The translations under genes and the position numbers were made by a program. DNA of 64,000 bases from the human T2T-CHM13v2.0 reference genome, Homo sapiens, in NCBI RefSeq assembly GCF_009914755.1, contig NC_060928.1; one strand, written 5' to 3'. The notes under the pieces are model-generated. The model had not been told where the DNA came from, made no database searches, and saw only the letters and a program-made list of their open reading frames with translations. Positions 58,420 to 64,000 of the stretch are shown here, piece after piece (position 1 is the stretch's first letter; every line of letters begins with the position of its first letter).

Positions 58420-58880
58420 CATACATGTGTGACATATATATACATATGATAATACATCATGTATATATGTATGTATACTTAAAACAAAAACACAAGTTAA
58501 AAAATGTGTATTATCAGCAACAGAATTTTAAATATATTTTAAACATATACAGTACATATTTAATATACACCATATAAATAGAATATAAAACATTTTTAAT
58601 GTTTTAATATAAAATTATATATAGTACATATTTAAATATTTTTAGGTATATAAAATACATATTTATTGTATTTATATAGCATTGTTTACATTATATATTT
58701 AAAATTCTTTCTGTTGAGTGATAAACACATGCTTGAAAGCTCAAATTATATTTAAAACACCTATTAAATATATTATTATATTTATATGTACAGTAATATA
58801 ATAAATGTATTTTATATATAATAATGATTTAAAGTACTTGTTTAAAATTCTCTATTGCTGAGTGATAAACACATGCTTCG
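58420..58880. repeat. AT-rich low-complexity region with internal direct and inverted copies
   Basis: tttaaaattct..tgagtgataaacacatgctt at ~58698 and ~58841; inverted similar copy at ~58503-58532. Confidence 0.7.
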
Positions 58881-60439
58881 TAACTTCTCTGGTTCTGTTT
58901 TATTCATTATAATCCTCAAAAACCCTGAAAGAAACAGAATAACCTTTTTATTGACCCACTCAAGTTATTTAATTTTTATGTTTCCCTAGCCCATATCTGT
59001 TCACGTATAGCTGAAAATAAAAAAGAAACGGTGGATTGAAATTGAAGGGAAATAGACAATAGTTATTGTTCCTAGCTTAATTGGGAGAGAAAGCCAGAGT
59101 AAAATAAAAGTCTATTGCAGCTAAGAGGAAGAAGTTCTTTAGTCTCAACCAAATATGTAAATATAACATCTCTCTTCTAATATTTTTAGTGCTAATTCCT
59201 AGTATAGAGCTGATTAAGGGTAGGGGAAGCACATATTTAATGGCCATTATTATGCTATTCTGAGGAAAATTCTCTCAGTGTCTAATATTTTAAAAATGGG
59301 TTTTAATTAGATCTTATCAGCAACCCTAAAATGCAACTTTTCTCACCCTCCAGAAAACAAAACAAAACAAAACAAAACTCACACCATCCCCAAAACTAGG
59401 CTTGATGAATAACCACATGGAAAATATGGAAAGATGTTTCATTAACCACACGGCAGATGGAACTAGGTGGGAGGAAAACCTACCACAGCTTCTCTTAATG
59501 GCATATTCAGGCTTTACTTCAGAAAAGGGAAGCATCTAAAAAAGATTGGAAGAATTTCTCACCACTCTGCAGGCAGCTGTCTCCTCCCAGCACCCAGGAC
59601 CTGAACTCAGAAACTACCAGCAACACAGACGTGAGTCATTCTTGCTGCTATGCAGTTACCCTTAGTGCTGTCCACCCCTCGTCCCATCCCTCTTTTAATC
59701 TATATTCATTCAGAGAAAGGAGCTTAAAAAGCAAGCAAAGAAAAATCACCTGTGCGGAAAGTAGAAGAAACTGCTGCTGGCTCATCGCATTTTAGGAAAA
59801 ACAATGCGCACGAGTAAAGCAGTCTTAGTAAGAGAAGAGTAGGAAAGAAACACGCTTAGCAGCATGTTAGAAACTAGTTTCTCGTGCCCTCCTTGGACTC
59901 AGAATACAATACCAGAGAACAATCAGATAAGGCAGGAAAAGTTAGAAGTTTGGGGAAATAGAGCTTCCGTAGGCAACTGTGAGGAATCAGGAACAGGCTG
60001 GGAGCAGGCACTGCCCACCTGTCCTACCCCGAGAGCACCAGGATAGGACTCCACACAGGAGGACCGGACCTCGATGATGAGCTCACCCTCGCTCTTAACA
60101 AGCACTGGCTCTCTACAGATGTCACTTCCTTTAAGGATGAGTAAATAAGGGAGGAAAAACTCTATGGGGCGGGGCGGGGTCTGGGAGGTAGTTTTTTGTA
60201 AAGCTACAGAAAATAGGAAAGAGACTTCATCTCAATGATTTAGAAGACTTTAGAAGACTCTAAAAATAATCTACAGGAGGACCCAAGAGATCCAACACGC
60301 TGGACTCCTCTATAGGATATCAAAAGGTATAACCTATATTAAACAAACAAAAAATCATAAGGAATAAGTAAAGATGAAAATTACTAATATGTGATGAACC
60401 AATGCTTTTAACAAATGTTTATTAAGAACCCATTATGAA

Positions 60440-60737
60440 GGCCTGGCCCAGTGGCTCACACCTGTAATCCCAGCACTTTGGGAGGCCAAGGCAGGTGGAT
60501 CACTTGAGGTCAGGAGTCCGAGACCAGCCTGGCCAACATGGTGAAATGCCGTCTCTACTAAAAATATAAAAATTAGCTGGGCGCGGTGGCACATGCCTGT
60601 AGTCCCAGCTACTTGGGAGGCTGAACACAAGAATCACTTGAACCCAGGAGTTGGAGCTTGCAGTGAGCCGAGATCACACCACTGCACTCCAGCCTGGGCA
60701 ACAGAGCGAGACTCTGTCTCAAAAAAAAAAAAAAAAA
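60440..60737 (+). mobile_element. AluS
   Basis: Full dimer; TSD agaacccattatga. Confidence 0.92.
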
Positions 60738-61270
60738 GAGAACCCATTATGAGGCACGCACTGGGCTGGGCTGGAGAATCCAGACATGGGTAGAATGGAC
60801 AAGATGCCACCTTTGAGGCAGCTTACACTTTGGTGAGGTTCACAGACAATGCACTAATAAATAATTCATAATGATAATTGCTAGTAATGAATCAAACCAG
60901 GGGCTGATTGGGGGCAGGTAGTACCTACTCAGATAAAATAGGCAGGAAAGGCTTCTGTAGTATTTCATCTGAGCCAGATATGGAAAGCAAGTCATGTATA
61001 TTCCTGGCAGAGGAAGCAAATTGCTTTAAGGTGAGAAAGAGCTCCACATGCCTGAAGAACTGAAAAAAGACCCATGTGCCTGGTAAATGGCACAGCTGAA
61101 TTTGGGGACATAGGCAGTGTCAGCTCATGCAGAAGCTTCACAGCTGGGAAAAGTGCTTTGAATTCTTAGTACAAAAGAAAGCCACTGAGAGTGTGAGTGT
61201 GTGTGTATTCAGTATGTATATGTGTGTGTGTATGCACATGTATACATCTGTACACACATACACATGCACA

Positions 61271-61626
61271 CAGTTGACCCTTGAACAGGTGCCAACCCCC
61301 ACCCGGCAGTTGAAAATTCACCCATAATTTTTGACTTCCCTAAATGTAACTTGTTGACCAAAAGCCTCAGGTACTCTGTTGATTGAAAGCCTTACTGATA
61401 ACATAAACAGTTGATTACTTCATAGTTTGTGTGTTATATGCATTATATGCTGTATTCTTACAATAAAGTAAGCCAAAGAAAAAGAAATGTTATGGAGAAA
61501 ATTTAAGGAGGAGGAGGAGGAGAAGGAGGGCTGGGTCTTGGGGTCTCCGGGGTGGTAGAGGCAGAAGAATATCCATGTGTAGGTGGACCTGCGTAGTTCA
61601 AACCCATGTTGTTTGAGGGTCAACTG
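61271..61626. mobile_element. Tigger2a-like DNA transposon MITE
   Basis: TIRs cagttgacccttgaaca / tgtttgagggtcaactg followed by TA. Confidence 0.82.
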
Positions 61627-61943
61627 TACATACACATGTTTAAATGTCTGCATAAACATCAATAACTCCAGCTACAGCATAGAGAACAGACTAGGAGGAG
61701 CAATGGGGGGGGGCGGCAAAAAGAAGGGTGAGATGGTGGCCCCGTGAACTGAAGTGATGACAGTAAAGATGGAGACAAAATGACCTTGAGAGAAATATTC
61801 TAGAGGTTGAAGCAACCTCAGCCGTGGATGGACGAGAGGAAGGCATAAGGAGCAGCAAGGCATCGGGCGTGATTTGGGTTTCTGGCTTGAGCAGCATGGC
61901 AGAGGACCACGAAAGATGGTCAGAGAGGCTCACAACGCCATAG

Positions 61944-61956
61944 CGAAACCGAAACC
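61944..61956 (+). promoter_or_regulatory. ISRE/IRF motif candidate
   Basis: CGAAACCGAAACC fits GAAANNGAAA. Confidence 0.45.
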
Positions 61957-63403
61957 TCATTACAGTCAGCGAAGGCAGAACTGCAGGCGCAGAAAACAGA
62001 ACTACGATGCCGAGGGCAAACCAGAGAGTCCCCAGCACACCGGGAAACAGGAACAGAGATGACAGTGGTGAGAAAGAAGGCGGCAGAGAACGCAGAGCTG
62101 CCTTGTGAACCAGATTGGCATTTCTGAAAAAGAAACCAGAGTAACTGAAGAAAAACAACAGTCAGAAATTTACATGCAGTTCCCAGAAATGAGCACCTGC
62201 GTCTAAAAGTGTCCACCCTTTGCCAAGGAAAATTAGAATCCAAAGTATGACTATTTCCTCCAGAAACGCTTGAATTTCCTAAATGAATAATCAAAAAACA
62301 ATTTTAACGTACTTGTAGAGAAAAATGCAAAGTCAGTGTGGCAATTACCAGGAGACAGTGGAACTGTGTCTGTATTTTGAAGCTTAAGTATGACTCATGA
62401 ATTCTACAGCAAGCCGATCTTGTTATTCATGTGAGCAAGCAACAAAAAGATATTGTCACATCTACAAGAACTAAGAAAATGTACCATCTACATGTCCTTA
62501 CCCAACTCTATCTAACAAGGGTGATTCCAGAACAAAGTTATGACATAAAAGGAGTCAGTAAGAATATCTTAGATTTAGTTATAGAAGTAAGTCAAAAAAG
62601 TTTTCTGAAGAGACTTTAAGCAAATGAAATGTAAATAATACCAAAAAAAGGTATACAGTGTAAAAACATACTACTAATAAGAATTGTATCAAAAATCTGG
62701 AATACCTACAAAATTGGAAATATGAATGAAAAATTTTGATAGTAAGTGAAGATACTTGGTTTGTTTCGCATAGCTGCATAATTGCTATGGAGTAAATGAG
62801 TGGGGTGATGGTTTGAGAACAGCAGGGGGACCTACTTAAATAAAAAAGGTCTGAGAAGGTCTCTCTAAATAGCTGCACGTTCCTGACTGTTTTGCAAGTG
62901 GAGCTGAGGTTCTCTGAAAGAAGGATAAAACATTTACACATTACTCCAAAAGTATTTAATTAGGTCCAGTACTGACGCAGTTGGACCGGATCGCATACCA
63001 ATATTGATCCGAGAATTAAAAGCGGGTTATCCCTTTATTCAGCTTTAGGTGATACACAGGTAGCCGCAGAAGATAGAACAGGCAGCTCCTATGTCTCATA
63101 GTAAAATAGGGGAATGTTTAGTGACTATTTACAAAACTATTAGCATATAACTCAAGCTAAGTTGATACTTACTCTGTTTCTTGTTCTCACAAAGCTGAAC
63201 AAAATATCTGCATACAAAGCAGGGCAAAGAGCTTTCCTGTATGTTGAAAAGTTTGTTTTCATAATTTCAAAGGCAGCTGGCCTATAGCCATTACACCAGG
63301 AGTATTTATTATAAGGAATTACGTTAGTTAAAATTTTTTGTTGTAGAATGTTGTTTGTTCACCTAAACCCACTAACAATGGTAAGTGCAATATCCGCTTA
63401 GGT

Positions 63404-63589
63404 CAGGAGTTGGGGAACTTTGTCTATAAAGGGTCAGATAATAAATATTTTTGGCATTGACACTGCCACTGTAGCATGGAAGCAATCATAGGAAATACAC
63501 AAATGAGTGGGCATGTCTGTATTCTCTGTTATTTTCAAAACAGGTGGCAGGCTGGGTTTGGCCAGTGCGCCACAGTTTGCCAACCACTG
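63404..63589. mobile_element. MER58A (hAT-Charlie)
   Basis: caggagttggggaact..taaagggtcagata...cagtttgccaaccactg. Confidence 0.8.
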
Positions 63590-64000
63590 ATTTAGTTGAT
63601 TCTTCCGAACCAGTCCCCTCAGTTTGTGAATTTATTTCTCTAGTGACCATGCCCCCTTCCCTGCCTTGGCCACTCTCACGCTCATATCCTGAGCTGTGAT
63701 CAAACCATTATCAATAACTGCCACCCCCGACAACCTCAATTATATCTGCCCACTCTGGGGCCTCCACTTTTTATCTTTTTCATTCACTCCCTCTAGGACC
63801 CAGACTCAGATAGTCCTTTGACCCTGTGAGGTCCTTCAATACACAGCTCCTGCCATCTCTACACTGTCCTCCACCTACCTGATGCCCTCTGTCCTCTGTC
63901 CTCTCCCACAGCTCTTAACCCCATGGGAATTCACTGTAACCTCGCCCCCCACCCGTACACCATCAACTCCCTTGCCCCCTGGCTTTGTCACACTCTAGAC

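Overview
Primate (human or great-ape) genomic DNA, repeat-rich, with no prokaryotic features. The only real gene segment is exon 1 of ENPP6 on the minus strand (CDS 11634->11394: signal peptide, Asp32 and catalytic Ser71). Bases 1-11393 are ENPP6 intron 1; the rest is upstream intergenic DNA (4q35.1, towards IRF2, by recalled synteny). Intron 1 carries a full-length ~6.0 kb L1PA2-type LINE-1 antisense to the gene, with intact ORF1, ORF2 broken by one 1-nt deletion, and an antisense promoter/ORF0 pointing down the ENPP6 transcript. Upstream are a ~950 bp polypurine tract, many Alus, old L1/L2, MaLR/ERV LTRs, DNA transposon fossils, a solo LTR12 and an RPL6 processed pseudogene. Structures not explained by routine annotation: a 269-bp inverted repeat pair (49526-51001), a ~100-bp 95%-identical copy inside a GGAA microsatellite (51283 vs 54170), an MER57-type LTR nested inverted in another, a deletion-scarred L1/ERV/Alu nest, and candidate CTCF/CRE/ISRE/X-box sites. 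I found no convincing new protein-coding system. Repeat subfamily names come from recalled consensus sequences and need RepeatMasker/Dfam confirmation.
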